Shown here piece after piece: positions 17,414 through 29,900 of a stretch of 62,378 nt of DNA; the stretch's first letter is position 1; each line of letters begins with the position of its first letter. The notes under the pieces are model-generated. The model was not told the origin of the DNA, did no database searches, and saw nothing but the letters and a program-made list of their open reading frames with translations. Location of the stretch: the IMG/VR virus record IMGVR_UViG_3300044723_005436, positions 1 through 62,378 of that record; one strand, given 5' to 3'. Both the position numbers and the translations under genes were made by a program. The DNA is from a virus. Its lineage: Duplodnaviria; Caudoviricetes.

Positions 17414-20400
17414 ATGGCTGCTAGTACAAGACAATCAAACTTATTTGCTGCTGAAGATTGGAAGAAAGTCTACGAGACCTTCCGTGAAGCAGACTTTCAG
17501 AGTTACGATTATGAAACCATTCGTAAGAGTATGGTTGATTATTTGCGTAATTATTACCCAGAAGATTTCAACGATTTTATTGAATCAAGTGAATATATTG
17601 CACTGATTGATTTGATTGCATTCCTGGGGCAAAGCCTTAGTTTCCGTGCAGACTTAAATGCTCGTGAAAACTTCCTTGAAACAGCAGAACGCAGAGACAG
17701 CATCCTACGCTTGGCTCGCATGCTTAACTATTATCCAAAGCGTCAGCAGATTGCTAGAGGCTTGCTCAAAGTTGCTAGTGTAGAAACAACAGAAGCAATC
17801 ACTGACAGCAATGGCAACAGTTTGCGTGATACAGAAATTGTCTGGGCTGATCCCACAAACAGTGACTTCCTTGAGCAGTTTACCACAGTGCTTAATGCAA
17901 GTATGGTAAACACACAACAGTTTGGTAATCCAAGTTTAAAAACAACAGTTGGTGGCATTAACATTGAAGAATATCAACTTAAACTAAATCCAGGCACTGT
18001 TCCAATTTATGATTTTAAAACAACAGTTGGCACACAAAACCTAGACTTTGAATTAGTTAAAGGCACATACAGCGGCACAGACTATTTGTATGAGGTAGCA
18101 CCACAGCCTAGTAGCACAACAAACATTCTTTATCGCAATGATAATAGAGGCTTTAACAGTGCTAACAACGGATTTTTCTTTTACTTTAAACAGGGTAACT
18201 TGCAGAGTGCAGACTTTAGTATTGGTGAAAAACTACCTAACCGCACAGTGGAATTGGATGTTAACAATGTTGACAACAATGATGTTTGGTTGTATCAGTT
18301 AGATGACGCCGGCAGAGAAACAACTCGCTGGGATAAGGTACCTGCTATTTCAGGCAACAATGTTATCTATAACAGTTTAAGTGCAAATAACAAAAACTTG
18401 TTTACAGTGCGCAGTCGCGCAAACGATCAGATCAGTTTAGTATTTGGCGATGATGTTTTCAGTAATGTTCCAACTGGTAATTTCCGTGTTTATTTCCGTA
18501 CGGGCGCAGGCACTACATATAAGATTAGCCCAGATGAAATGCAAAATTTACAGTTGATTATTCCATATGTAAGTCACTCTAACCAAATTGAAAACCTAAC
18601 TATAGGATTGAGTTTGCAGAGCACAATAGCAAATGCTAGTGCTAGAGAAAACTTGCGTGATGTTAAACTAAAAGCACAGCAACAGTATTATACACAGGAT
18701 CGTATGATCACAGGTGAAGATTATCAAATCCTTCCTTATACAAAGTTTAGTAATGTTATCAAGTCAAAAGCAATTAACAGAACTGCTAGTGGCATCAGTC
18801 GTTACTTGGATGTGCGTGACACAACAGGCAAGTATAGCAGCACAAACATTGTTGCAGAAGATGGAATTTTCTATCGTACAGAAGATTTACAACAGTTCCA
18901 ATTTACATTTGTAACAGACAGTGATATCAGCAATACTATTAGTCAACAAGTAGAAAAGAATATTCTTAAAAATGAAAGTCTACACTTTTATTTGAAAAAC
19001 TACGGCGGCATCAGTGTTACAAGTTTAAATGTTAGTTGGAATTTAGCAACAACAACCAGTGGTACAGTTACAGGTTACTTTAAAAACGATGTAGACAGTC
19101 CTCTAAAAATTGGTAGTTTTGCAAGCAGTAATCTAAAGTATGCAAAAGTTGGCGCATTACTAAAGTTTACAGCACCAAGCGGCAAAGTGTTTGATATTAA
19201 CAATAACCTAATTACAGGTGTTAGCGGCACAATTAACACTCGTGATTATATCTGGACAAGTATTAGTGCAGTAGTTACTGATGGAACTAACCAAGGCGTT
19301 GGTAATTTGGAAACAGGTGTTGGTCCAGTAACACTTAGTGAAGTTATTCCACAGGATGCAGTATTAGATCAAATTATTGCTCCTTGGAATACTGCAATTG
19401 TAAGCAGTGTAAGAAATAATATTATCCAAGCAATTGGTGATTTTAAGACTTTTGGTTTGCGTTACGACAGAGACACGCAAGCCTGGACTATTATTGATGC
19501 ACTGGATTTAAATCAGGCAACAACATTTAGTTTAGACTATGCAGGAAATACCAGTAATACAAACTTAGATAACAGTTGGTTCTTTAAGTTTACTAATGAT
19601 GGATCAACATACACCGTTAACTTCCGCAACACGAGTTATGTGTTTGAGAGTAAACTAGAGACACGCTTTTACTTTGACAATGATTTAAAAATCTTTGATC
19701 CTCGCACAGGTAAAACTATTAAAGACAAAGTTAATATTCTCAAAGTTAATGCACTACCTGACAGTGTAAACAGTCTAGCAGTTGACTATGCAATGCAGAT
19801 TGATGATGTTATTACAGAAACAGATGGATATACACTAACGAACAGAATCAAAGTTACATTTCCTGATATTGACAGTGACGGTGTTGTTGATAATCCAGAA
19901 GTTTTTGATATTGTGGTTGCACCAAACACAAATGCAGCAACCAAAGTTGTGTTTTATCAGACTAGCACAAGCACAGGCGGCTACTTAACTTATACTCCTG
20001 TTGCAACTACAACAATTGAACAACGCTATGCAACGCAAGCAGCGATCAATGAAGTTATTGCACAGTTTACAAGTGGCCAGGTATTTTATGCAAGCACAGA
20101 CAATAAGTTTTTTATTCTAAGTGTAAGTGGCGCTAACGTAAAAAGTATAGCAGAAACTACCGATTATATCAAGCGCACAGGACGTAGTGACTTATTGTTC
20201 CAGTATACACACAACAGTCCAAACAACAGACGTATTGATCCAAGTCCAAGTAACATTGTAGACTTGTTCTTGCTCACAAGCCAGTATAACACTGACTATA
20301 GAAACTATGTAACAGATATTACCGGCAGTGTAGCAAAGCCAACTAAGCCAACTACAAACGAATTGCGTGATCAATTTGGTAGTTTAGAACAGTACAAGAG

Positions 20401-20938
20401 TGTAAGCGATACTATTATTTTTAACAGCATCAGTTACAGACCTCTATTTGGCAACAAGGCAGAAGAAGAATTGCAAGCAACATTTAAAGTAGTTAAAAAT
20501 ACAAGCACACTAGTAAGTGACAGTGAAATTAAAGAGCGTGTAGTAGCAGCGATTAACAGTTACTTTGCTATTGAAAACTGGGACTTTGGTGACAGTTTCT
20601 TCTTTAGTGAACTAGCAGCGTATCTCTACAACGAACTAGCACCAGATGTTCTCAGTGTTGTTATTGTTCCTAAACTTGCAACCAGCAACTTTGGTAGTTT
20701 GTTCCAAATTCAAAGTCAGCGAGATGAGATACTGATCAGTGCAGCAACAGTTAATGACATTGAAGTTATTGATGTTATTACTGCAAACAGTTTACAAGCA
20801 AGTGGCAATGTTGTCAACACCACTAGTACAAATCTTGCTGCAGAAAGCGCCAGTGCAAACGGTTCTAGCACCGTAGTAAATACAGCAACAAATACAGTCA
20901 CAACTACAACGACAACTACCGGGGGGTATAGTTACTAA
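17414..20938 (+). CDS. gp6: Baseplate wedge subunit gp6-like
   Basis: 'DFQSYDYETIR', 'ENFLETAERRDSILRLA', 'QDRMITGEDY' motifs; follows gp25. Confidence 0.85.
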   Translation: MAASTRQSNLFAAEDWKKVYETFREADFQSYDYETIRKSMVDYLRNYYPEDFNDFIESSEYIALIDLIAFLGQSLSFRADLNARENFLETAERRDSILRLARMLNYYPKRQQIARGLLKVASVETTEAITDSNGNSLRDTEIVWADPTNSDFLEQFTTVLNASMVNTQQFGNPSLKTTVGGINIEEYQLKLNPGTVPIYDFKTTVGTQNLDFELVKGTYSGTDYLYEVAPQPSSTTNILYRNDNRGFNSANNGFFFYFKQGNLQSADFSIGEKLPNRTVELDVNNVDNNDVWLYQLDDAGRETTRWDKVPAISGNNVIYNSLSANNKNLFTVRSRANDQISLVFGDDVFSNVPTGNFRVYFRTGAGTTYKISPDEMQNLQLIIPYVSHSNQIENLTIGLSLQSTIANASARENLRDVKLKAQQQYYTQDRMITGEDYQILPYTKFSNVIKSKAINRTASGISRYLDVRDTTGKYSSTNIVAEDGIFYRTEDLQQFQFTFVTDSDISNTISQQVEKNILKNESLHFYLKNYGGISVTSLNVSWNLATTTSGTVTGYFKNDVDSPLKIGSFASSNLKYAKVGALLKFTAPSGKVFDINNNLITGVSGTINTRDYIWTSISAVVTDGTNQGVGNLETGVGPVTLSEVIPQDAVLDQIIAPWNTAIVSSVRNNIIQAIGDFKTFGLRYDRDTQAWTIIDALDLNQATTFSLDYAGNTSNTNLDNSWFFKFTNDGSTYTVNFRNTSYVFESKLETRFYFDNDLKIFDPRTGKTIKDKVNILKVNALPDSVNSLAVDYAMQIDDVITETDGYTLTNRIKVTFPDIDSDGVVDNPEVFDIVVAPNTNAATKVVFYQTSTSTGGYLTYTPVATTTIEQRYATQAAINEVIAQFTSGQVFYASTDNKFFILSVSGANVKSIAETTDYIKRTGRSDLLFQYTHNSPNNRRIDPSPSNIVDLFLLTSQYNTDYRNYVTDITGSVAKPTKPTTNELRDQFGSLEQYKSVSDTIIFNSISYRPLFGNKAEEELQATFKVVKNTSTLVSDSEIKERVVAAINSYFAIENWDFGDSFFFSELAAYLYNELAPDVLSVVIVPKLATSNFGSLFQIQSQRDEILISAATVNDIEVIDVITANSLQASGNVVNTTSTNLAAESASANGSSTVVNTATNTVTTTTTTTGGYSY

Positions 20939-23900
20939 TGGCACTTCGTAAAAGTCAGGTATTATTACCTGATGTATTCCAGACAGTAAAAAACAACAAG
21001 TTCCTAAATGCCACTGTTGACCAACTAATTAGCGAACCTAACCAGCAGCGTGTTAACAGTTTTATTGGACGTAAGTTTGCTCCTAACTTTACAGTAGGCG
21101 ATAGTTATGTGCAAGAAATTGGCGCGGATAGACAAAACTATCAGCTTGAGCCAGCAGTTGTATATCGTGCTCCTAATAAACAGATTGAAAGTTTAACTGG
21201 TTATATTGATTTTGTAAATCAGTTACGCTATAACAATGTTAATGTAAACACACACAGTGATTTGTTCGATCAAGAATACTACAACTACAGTGGTTTTGCT
21301 GATTTAGATAAACTGGTTAACTATGGTGAATACTTCTGGTTACCTAGTGGTCCAGACAGTGTGCAAGTGTTTAACAGCACAGTTGATACAGAACGAGATT
21401 ATACTATATACAGAGACGGAACTTCATACAGAAGTGTAACTTTTGACGAGGTTAATTGGGACACTGACGGCTTTGACAAACTAACTAGTGATATTATAGC
21501 AGGCGATCCTGTTTATAGATTTGATAGCACAACTGCCGATCCTAATGCAACTATTACTCTTGCAAGAGGCGGTGTGTATACATTTAGAGTTAGACAACCG
21601 GGCATTCCCTTCTGGATTCAGACCGAACCGGGCCTAAGTGGAATTAGTAGTTATAGCAGTAGCACAAGCACTAGAGAAGTGCTTGGTGTAACTAATAATG
21701 GCGAAGATGATGGAACTATAACATTTACTGTTCCTAAAACAAATGCACAAAATGAAAAGATCAATGCCACACAAGCAGCAAATCCAGATTTTGCTACCAT
21801 ATTAACTTACAAGCAAATACATAATGTTCCACTTCAAACACTTCTAGATACCTACGGCGGCATTGATAAGCAAACAGAAATTGATGGCAAGAGTTTAGTA
21901 TTTGTTAATTTAACCACAGACGAAACTGCATGGGATCAAGGTGCGCCATTTGATGGATATGGGTTTGACGATCCCGATAACCCATGGGATGAGACAACTA
22001 CCCTTCCGATCGAAACACGCTATGATATATATGACATTGCAGTTAACAATGTCGGCGGTGTTAACACAGTACAACTTACTCGTAGTACAGACTGGCCCGC
22101 AAAACAAAAAGTTAAAATTAAACAAGGCGATCAATACGGTAATAGAGAATTTTATAAAGATGCAAGTGGTTATCCAGAACTAATCGAGCCATATACTGCA
22201 GGCGTAGATACACTATACTATCAGGACGGGGCAGATGCACTACGTTTTGGTAAAATTAAGTTAGTTGATATTGATACTGTTGCTGTAATAGATGTTGAAG
22301 ATGATATACTGGGCAAACAAACTTTTACTAGTGCCAATGGCGTTAAATTTACCAACGGACTTAAAGTAGAATTTAACAGCGACATTACACCAAGCACTTA
22401 TGCAGACAGAGAATATTTTGTCGAGGGTGTAGGACAACCTCAGGGTATTACACTTACTCCTGTAGATGAAATGCTTACACCTGAAACTTATACTAACAGT
22501 ACCAGTGATGGATTTGACACTGTAGCATATGATGCAGGTGGTTGGGATGGCACACTTAATGCTCCGATAGATCAAGATTACATTGTTATCAATCGCAGTA
22601 GTCCAGACAGAAATGCTTGGAGTCGCGGTAACCGTTGGTTCCACAGAGAAGTTATTGAAGCAACAGCAACCTATAACAACTACACTGCAGACATTGATGA
22701 TGCAGCAAGAGCAAAGCGTCCTATCGTTGAATTCCACAGCGGACTAGAACTGTTTAACATGGGCACAAGCAGTGTTACGCCAGTAACAGTGGTTGATGTA
22801 ACTCAAACGGATGCACTGAGCAACGTAAATGGTACACTTGGTTACTTTGCTGATGGTATTGATTTGCAGCAGGATAACACAGTTATCTTTAGCGCAGACA
22901 CAGATGCAGATGTTAGAAATAAAATTTATCGTGTAGACTTTATTGACCAAGACAGTGATGCAGTGACTGGTGAGATTATTAACCTAGTTGCTATAGGTAC
23001 AGTTGTTGATGGCAACTGTGTACTAAGCACACTGGGTGCAAATAACCAAGGCAAACAATATTGGTTAAATGGAACTACCTGGACTGCAGCACAGCAAAAG
23101 ACTGCGCTTAATCAAGATCCACTGTTTGCAGTATACGACCCAGATCATGTAAGTTTTGCAGACACAACAAAATATCCAAGTAGTAACTTTGTTGGTAGTA
23201 AACTGTTTAGTTACAAGCGTAACAACAACGCAAGTCCAGACACTGTATTAAACTTTGGGCTAACATATAAAAACTTTAATACACTGGGCGACATTGTTTT
23301 TGATAATAACTTTGACAGTGACAAGTTCCAGTATACAAAGAGCAGCGGCAACACCAATATAATTGTGCGCAGTGGTCACACACATCAGTTTGATCGCAGC
23401 GGAAACAGAAGTCTGTTAAATGGCTGGACTAAAACAGTTGAATCTAGTACACAATATCAAATTGTAAGTTATGATGTAAACAGCGAACTTTATAGTTTTG
23501 AAATTGGTGCAAGCGTTGATACCACTAAGATTAGACAACCACTGCAAGTATTTGTCAATGGCAAGTTTAAGTATCCAACAGAGTATACACACCTTATTCA
23601 AGGTGACAGAGAGTACGTTGTGTTTACAACTGCACTGGCTGTAAATGACACAGTGACTATTAAGTTTTTTAGTAATACCAAAGCAGCAAACAGTTTTTAC
23701 GAAGTTCCGGATAACTTAGAACGCAACGCAGGTAACGCAACATTTGCTACACTGACACTGGGACAAATGCGTAATCACACTGTTGAAATTAGTCAGCAAA
23801 TTAAAACATTTGCAGGTGTTGCTCCAGGTAAAAGCAATATCCGTGATGTAAACTACAGAGCATATCCTGGCAACATACTACAGCACAGCGCAGGCATGAT

Positions 23901-26900
23901 ATTGCCTATGTATGCGCTAACTAATAAAACAGCAAATACAATTGATAGTATCAAGTATGTTAAAAATGAATATACAAAGTTTAAAAACAAGTTTATTGAT
24001 AACATTGATAAACTGGATTTAGATTTAACTAATCCTAGCAAGTGTGTTGATGATATTCTAACACACATGGCAGGAAAGAAGACCAGCAGTTTTCCGTTCT
24101 ACTACAGTGATATGTTGCCATGGGGCACACAGAAATCACAGCTAGTTTATACCATTGACGACGCTGCTGAAACAGAATTTGAGTTTAACACACAGTTTGA
24201 CCTAACAGCAATCAGCAACCGAGGCGTGCTAGTTTATCATACACCTGTTAGTACTGGTGTTGCTAACTTGCTGGTTGAAGGCAAAGACTATGCATTTGAC
24301 ACAGTTGAAGCAAAAGTAACACTTACAGCAACTAATCTTGGCGTTGCAAGAATTGGATTGGCTGTCAATGATAAAATTACAATTGTTGAATATACAGAAA
24401 CAAACGGTAGTTTTGTTCCGCCTACACCGACTAAGTTGGGCTTGTGGTATAAGTTTATTCCTGCTATCTTTACAGATAATACCTATGCAACACCTAAGAC
24501 TGTTGTTGAAGGACATGACGGTAGTATTTGGGTTGGCTGGGACGATATCAGAGACAACGTTTTATTAGAACTTGAAAAGCGTATCTATAATAATATTAAG
24601 ACACAGTACAACAAAGACTTGTTTGACTATGCAGAAGTTGTTCCAGGCTACTTCCGTAGTACACTTAACGATTTAAGTGAAGCAAATAATATTACTCGCA
24701 GTTACTATGGCGAGTGGGCACTGCGCAACAAAGTTAAAACAGCACCTAACACAACAGTAGATCCTAACAATGGCTTTACTTGGAACTATCGTAACAGTGT
24801 TGAAAAAATAAATGGCACAAGAATACCGGGTTATTGGCGCAGTATATATCGTTGGTTCTATGACACAGATACTCCTCACACAACACCATGGGAAATGCTA
24901 GGACTTAGCAGTAAACCAAATTGGTGGGATGAGCGTTATGGTGTAGCACCTTATACACAAGGCAACACAGTGCTTTGGGAAAATCTGCGTGACGGTATGT
25001 TGTATAGCGATGCAACAGGCACCTCATATACAACTGACACAAAACGTCAGCGTCCAAATCTAATGAGCATTATTCCAGTTGATGCACAAGGTAACTTAAA
25101 AGCGCCGGCTGATTTCCTAGTACAAGATGCAACTCAAACAAATGTTAGCGACGACTGGGTATACAGTGATGGAAGTCCTGCAGAGACAGCATGGAGACGT
25201 AGCAGCGAATATCCGTTTGTACTACAGATTCTCGCTGCAACAATTAAACCTGCAAAGTATGGCACACTGATGTTTGATACAAACATGTATGAAAACAATG
25301 CACAGTACGATCAAATATTGCAAAAGAACAAGAGTTACAGACCAGGCATTGCTGACTATCAAATGCATGGACAAAGTGATGAAAACAATGGTATAGTTAG
25401 AGTTGAAGGTTATAATCAGTTCATAAGTGAGTTTATTAGATTCAGTGGCTACGGTATTGACGATGCTATTACAAAGATCAATAACCTAGAACTTAACTTA
25501 TGCTATGGCATGGCTGGTTTTACTGACAAAAAGTTTTTAAAGGTAGTTGCAGAGAGTGTAACACCGAGTAGTCAAAGCGAAAACATCTTTATCCCTGATG
25601 AGGATTTAAGTGTTTATACTAAAAAGAGTTTGCCACTGGAGCGTGTAGTATACAGTGGTGTGCAGATTATTCAGCGAAGCGGCGGTTATGAAATACAGGG
25701 TTACGACATTGAGAATCCATTCTTTAAGATTGTTCCTAGTATTAGTGCAAACCAGCCTAAAGAGATTCGTGTAGGCGAAACAGTACTGTTTGAATATACA
25801 GACTTTGAAAATAAGATTATTAATATACCATATGGCACAGTCATTCAAAGCAAGCAGCAGGTATTTGACTTCTTGGTTGCGTATCAAAGGTATCTACTGA
25901 GTCGCGGCTTTGTGTTTGATGGCACAACTGGTGTTGGCGAAAAGAATGATTTTGTAACTGCCGGCGCAGAGTTTGCTTTCTGGACAGAACAAAAGTGGAG
26001 TGAAGGAAGCGTTATTGTATTAAGTCCATATTATGACACACTAGTTGTTAACAGAGCATTTGCAACTGTTGATGATTTGACTAGTGGTGGATTAAAAGAT
26101 GCAAACAACGCTGTGATTAATCCTCGTTACTATGACGTAAGCAGAACAGACAATGCTGTTGAAATTCGCATTGACACAGACAACACAAACTTATATGCAG
26201 CACAATTGGATCCTATCCAGCATGAACATGTGCTTGTGTTTAACAACACAACAATCTTTAACGATATTATATACCAGCCAGAGCTTGGTAACAGACATAG
26301 TAGACTTAAACTAATTGGCACAAAGAGTGGTGACTGGAATGGCACACTGCATGCTCCCGGCTTCTTTATTAATGAAGACGTTATTAATGTTTGGCAACAG
26401 TACGAAGATTACAAAAAAGGCGATCTGGTAAGTTTTAATGGTAAAACTTACGTTGCAAAATACAGCATTGATGGAAGCAGTGTTTTCAATTATAATGACT
26501 GGATATTAGCAGATAATATTCAAACTGGACTTGTTAAAAACCTAGCAAACAAAGCAGGACAGTTTAAAAACTTCTTTGAATTAGACAATCTAAATCTCGA
26601 AGATGGTGTTGATAAACTGGGCAAAGGCATTATTGGATTTAACAATAAAGACTACTTGCAAGGACTAGGACTAGACGATGTTAGTCAGGTAAAGTTTTAT
26701 CAAGGCATGCTAAAGCAAAAAGGCACTGGTGCTGCAATCAACAAACTTATTGATGCAGAGCTTACTAACCTAGATCAGAGCATTGACTACTTTGAGGAGT
26801 GGGCATTCCGTGTTGGCGAGTATGGTAGTATTGACAGTAACCAAGTTATTGAAACAATTATTCCAGAACAAGAAGCAGCTAACAATCCATTTGTATTGCA

Positions 26901-29900
26901 TTTCCACGCAGCAGGTGAACTACCTGGCGGCACTGACATTGGGCATTATCATGTACAAGAAAAAGATTTATACAAAACTCCTAACAACTATACAGGCAAT
27001 GTATTTGCAGCAAGAGATGCAAACAGCCTAACATTAAATGATTTAGACAGTGCAGGGTATGCACGTTTAGATGATGTAGACTTTACAGTGTTTAGCGGTG
27101 ATGAACTAGAAGCACTAAGTTCACGCATTAGCGAACTTGGCAAAGGCAAAAAGATCTGGGTCGCTACAGATAACACAAACACCTGGGGTATGCGCCGCAT
27201 CGACGAAACACTGAGTACAGTTATCAGTGTTGAGAGTGCAACTAACGGCTTCTTAATATACACTACAGACAGAAATCATGGACTTGTTGAAGATGATTAT
27301 GTAATTGTTCGTGCAGCACAGCCAATTGGCAAAGTTGCAAAAGTTGCAGGCACGCCAAGTCCGAACAAGTTTGTTATTGCAGATGCAACTACTGAAGCAG
27401 ACATACAAGATGTGCGTATTCCTATGTATAAACTTAGCAGTGTGCGTTTTGCACAGCCAAGTGATCTAAGCACATACACTCCAGTAAGCGGCTGGGACAA
27501 TAAAGAGCTTGTATGGATTGATGCAAACAATGACGGCAACTGGCAAGTGCTGCAAAATGCTCGTCCATGGACAACAACTGGCACTAAAACAGCAAGCCCG
27601 ATTAATGCAGATGACCTATATGGTAGCAGCATTGCTATTAACAGTAACAGCACAATAGCACTTGTAGGTGCTCCTGCAAACGGTAGTGGCACAGTTGTTC
27701 CTTATGTTCGCAGCGAAGGCGGCATACTTATTGAAGGTAACAACATTAGTAGTGCAACCATTGGCGACAGTTTAGATAGTTTCGGTGCAAGTCTAGCAAT
27801 TGCTACAGACTATGCTATTATTGGCGCACCGGATACACAAAGTGGTGTTGGTGCAGCGTTTGTTTACTTCATCGACAGTACAGGAACATTTAATCGCAGA
27901 CCTGCTATCCGTCCAAGCACAATTAGTAGTAGTCACTTGTTTGGTACTAGTATGGCAATGAGTGGCGATGGCAGATACTTGTTCATTGGTGCTCCGGGCG
28001 GCAATACAGTTTATGTATATACACTAATTGATCTAGCAGCAGCAGATGAAAGAACATTTACAATTACAACAACAGGCAGTGCAACTTATACACTGGACTT
28101 TACTCCAGTTAATCTTAATGCACTTAACATTGTAGATGAAAACGGTAAAGTATATTTGCCAACAAAAGACTTTACACTAAGTGGCGCAGATATTACATTT
28201 ACAAGTACACCTGCTAGTAGTCTACAAATTGTTGTAAGACAGCAGGATTACTTTAGAGAACTTGGAAATTACACATCAGGTAGTGGTGACTTTGGACACA
28301 GCATCGACTGTGATCACACAGGTAAGAGAGTTATTATCGGTGCGCCTGCTGCAACTATTGACGGCAAAGCAAACAGCGGTGAAGCATATCTTTATGCACA
28401 GTATGCTGAAAAGTTCGTTGCGGATGGTGCAACAAAAGCGTATACAACAACTAACACACTACAAACAAAGATTTACGTTGAAGTAAATGGTGTGCTACAA
28501 ATTGAAACAGATAACCCAGATGTTCCAACAGACAATGATGGTTCAACTGACGGATATTACACACGTTCAAGTAACACTATTACATTCAAGTATACTCCTA
28601 CTGCAGGTGACATAATCCAAGTATACACAGGCACATTTACACAGATGCAGCAGATTGATCAGTTGGATCTAGATGATGAAACAAACGGCGAAGAGCAGTT
28701 TGGTATCAGTGTTGCCATTGATACTAAAGGCAGCGTTATTGCTATTGGCAGCCCTGGCGAAGATGAAACAAATCCTAATACAGGCAGTGTATTCATTCTG
28801 CAGGATGCAGGTAAAAACTATGCTAGTGTGACAAGTAAAGAAGGCAGTGGCTACAGTGTTACTGCAGGACACACATTGTTCGTTGATGACCGCGAAGTAA
28901 CTATTAGTTCAACAAGCAGTGACGCAGCAGATTTAGCACAAGATATCATTGATGCAGCAATCCCTGGCGTAACTGCAAGCAAGAACAGTGGTGACCAACT
29001 TGTTATTACAACCACTAACACAGAACTTTACAACAAACTAAGTGTAATGCCTGGAACAGGAACTAGTTTCCAAAGTGGCGCAATTGTTGATCCGTTTAAA
29101 CTAACACAAAAAGTTAGTCATCCACAAGCATATGAAAATGAAAACTTTGGTCAAACTGTAGCATTTGACAAGCATGTGCATGTTGGAACAAGTCAATATA
29201 GCGACACACGCAATCTTGTAGTTGCAAGTGACAGAGCAAGTACACTACTGGCAACTGGATTTGATATCGAAACAAACACAAACAGTGAACAGTACCTAGA
29301 AGCAACAACAACATTTGATGAGAGTGGCACAACATTTACTGACAGACGCACACAAAGCGGCGCAGTATATGTGTATGAACTATTAAACTCAAACACACCA
29401 ACACTTGCTAACCCGAGTAAGATGGTATTTGGGCAGCAACTCAAGAGCACAAACATTCTTGAACTAGATCAGTTTGGTAGTGCAGTTGCATATAGTGACA
29501 ACAGAATAATGGTTGGTGCTCCTAACGACACAACAAACTATGCTAACAGTGGCAGCGTATATGAATTTAACAACAATGCGAGAGCAGGTAGTTGGAACGT
29601 ATTGCGCAGTGAAGGCACAAGAGTTGATGTAAGTCAAATAAATCGTGTTGCACTTTACAATAAAAAGCAAGGCGAAGTTAAGGTATTCCTTGATTATATT
29701 GATCCAGCAAAAGGTAAGATTGCTGGTGTAGCACAAGCAGAACTTAGTTATGTGAGTCATAATGATCCGGCATTATACAACAACCTTTGGAATTACAAGT
29801 ATAAAAATAGACTTTGGTGGGATACAAGCACTGTGCATTACTTAAACCCAGAGCAAGGCGATATTGATTTCCGCACAGCTTATTGGGGTGTAGCATTTCC

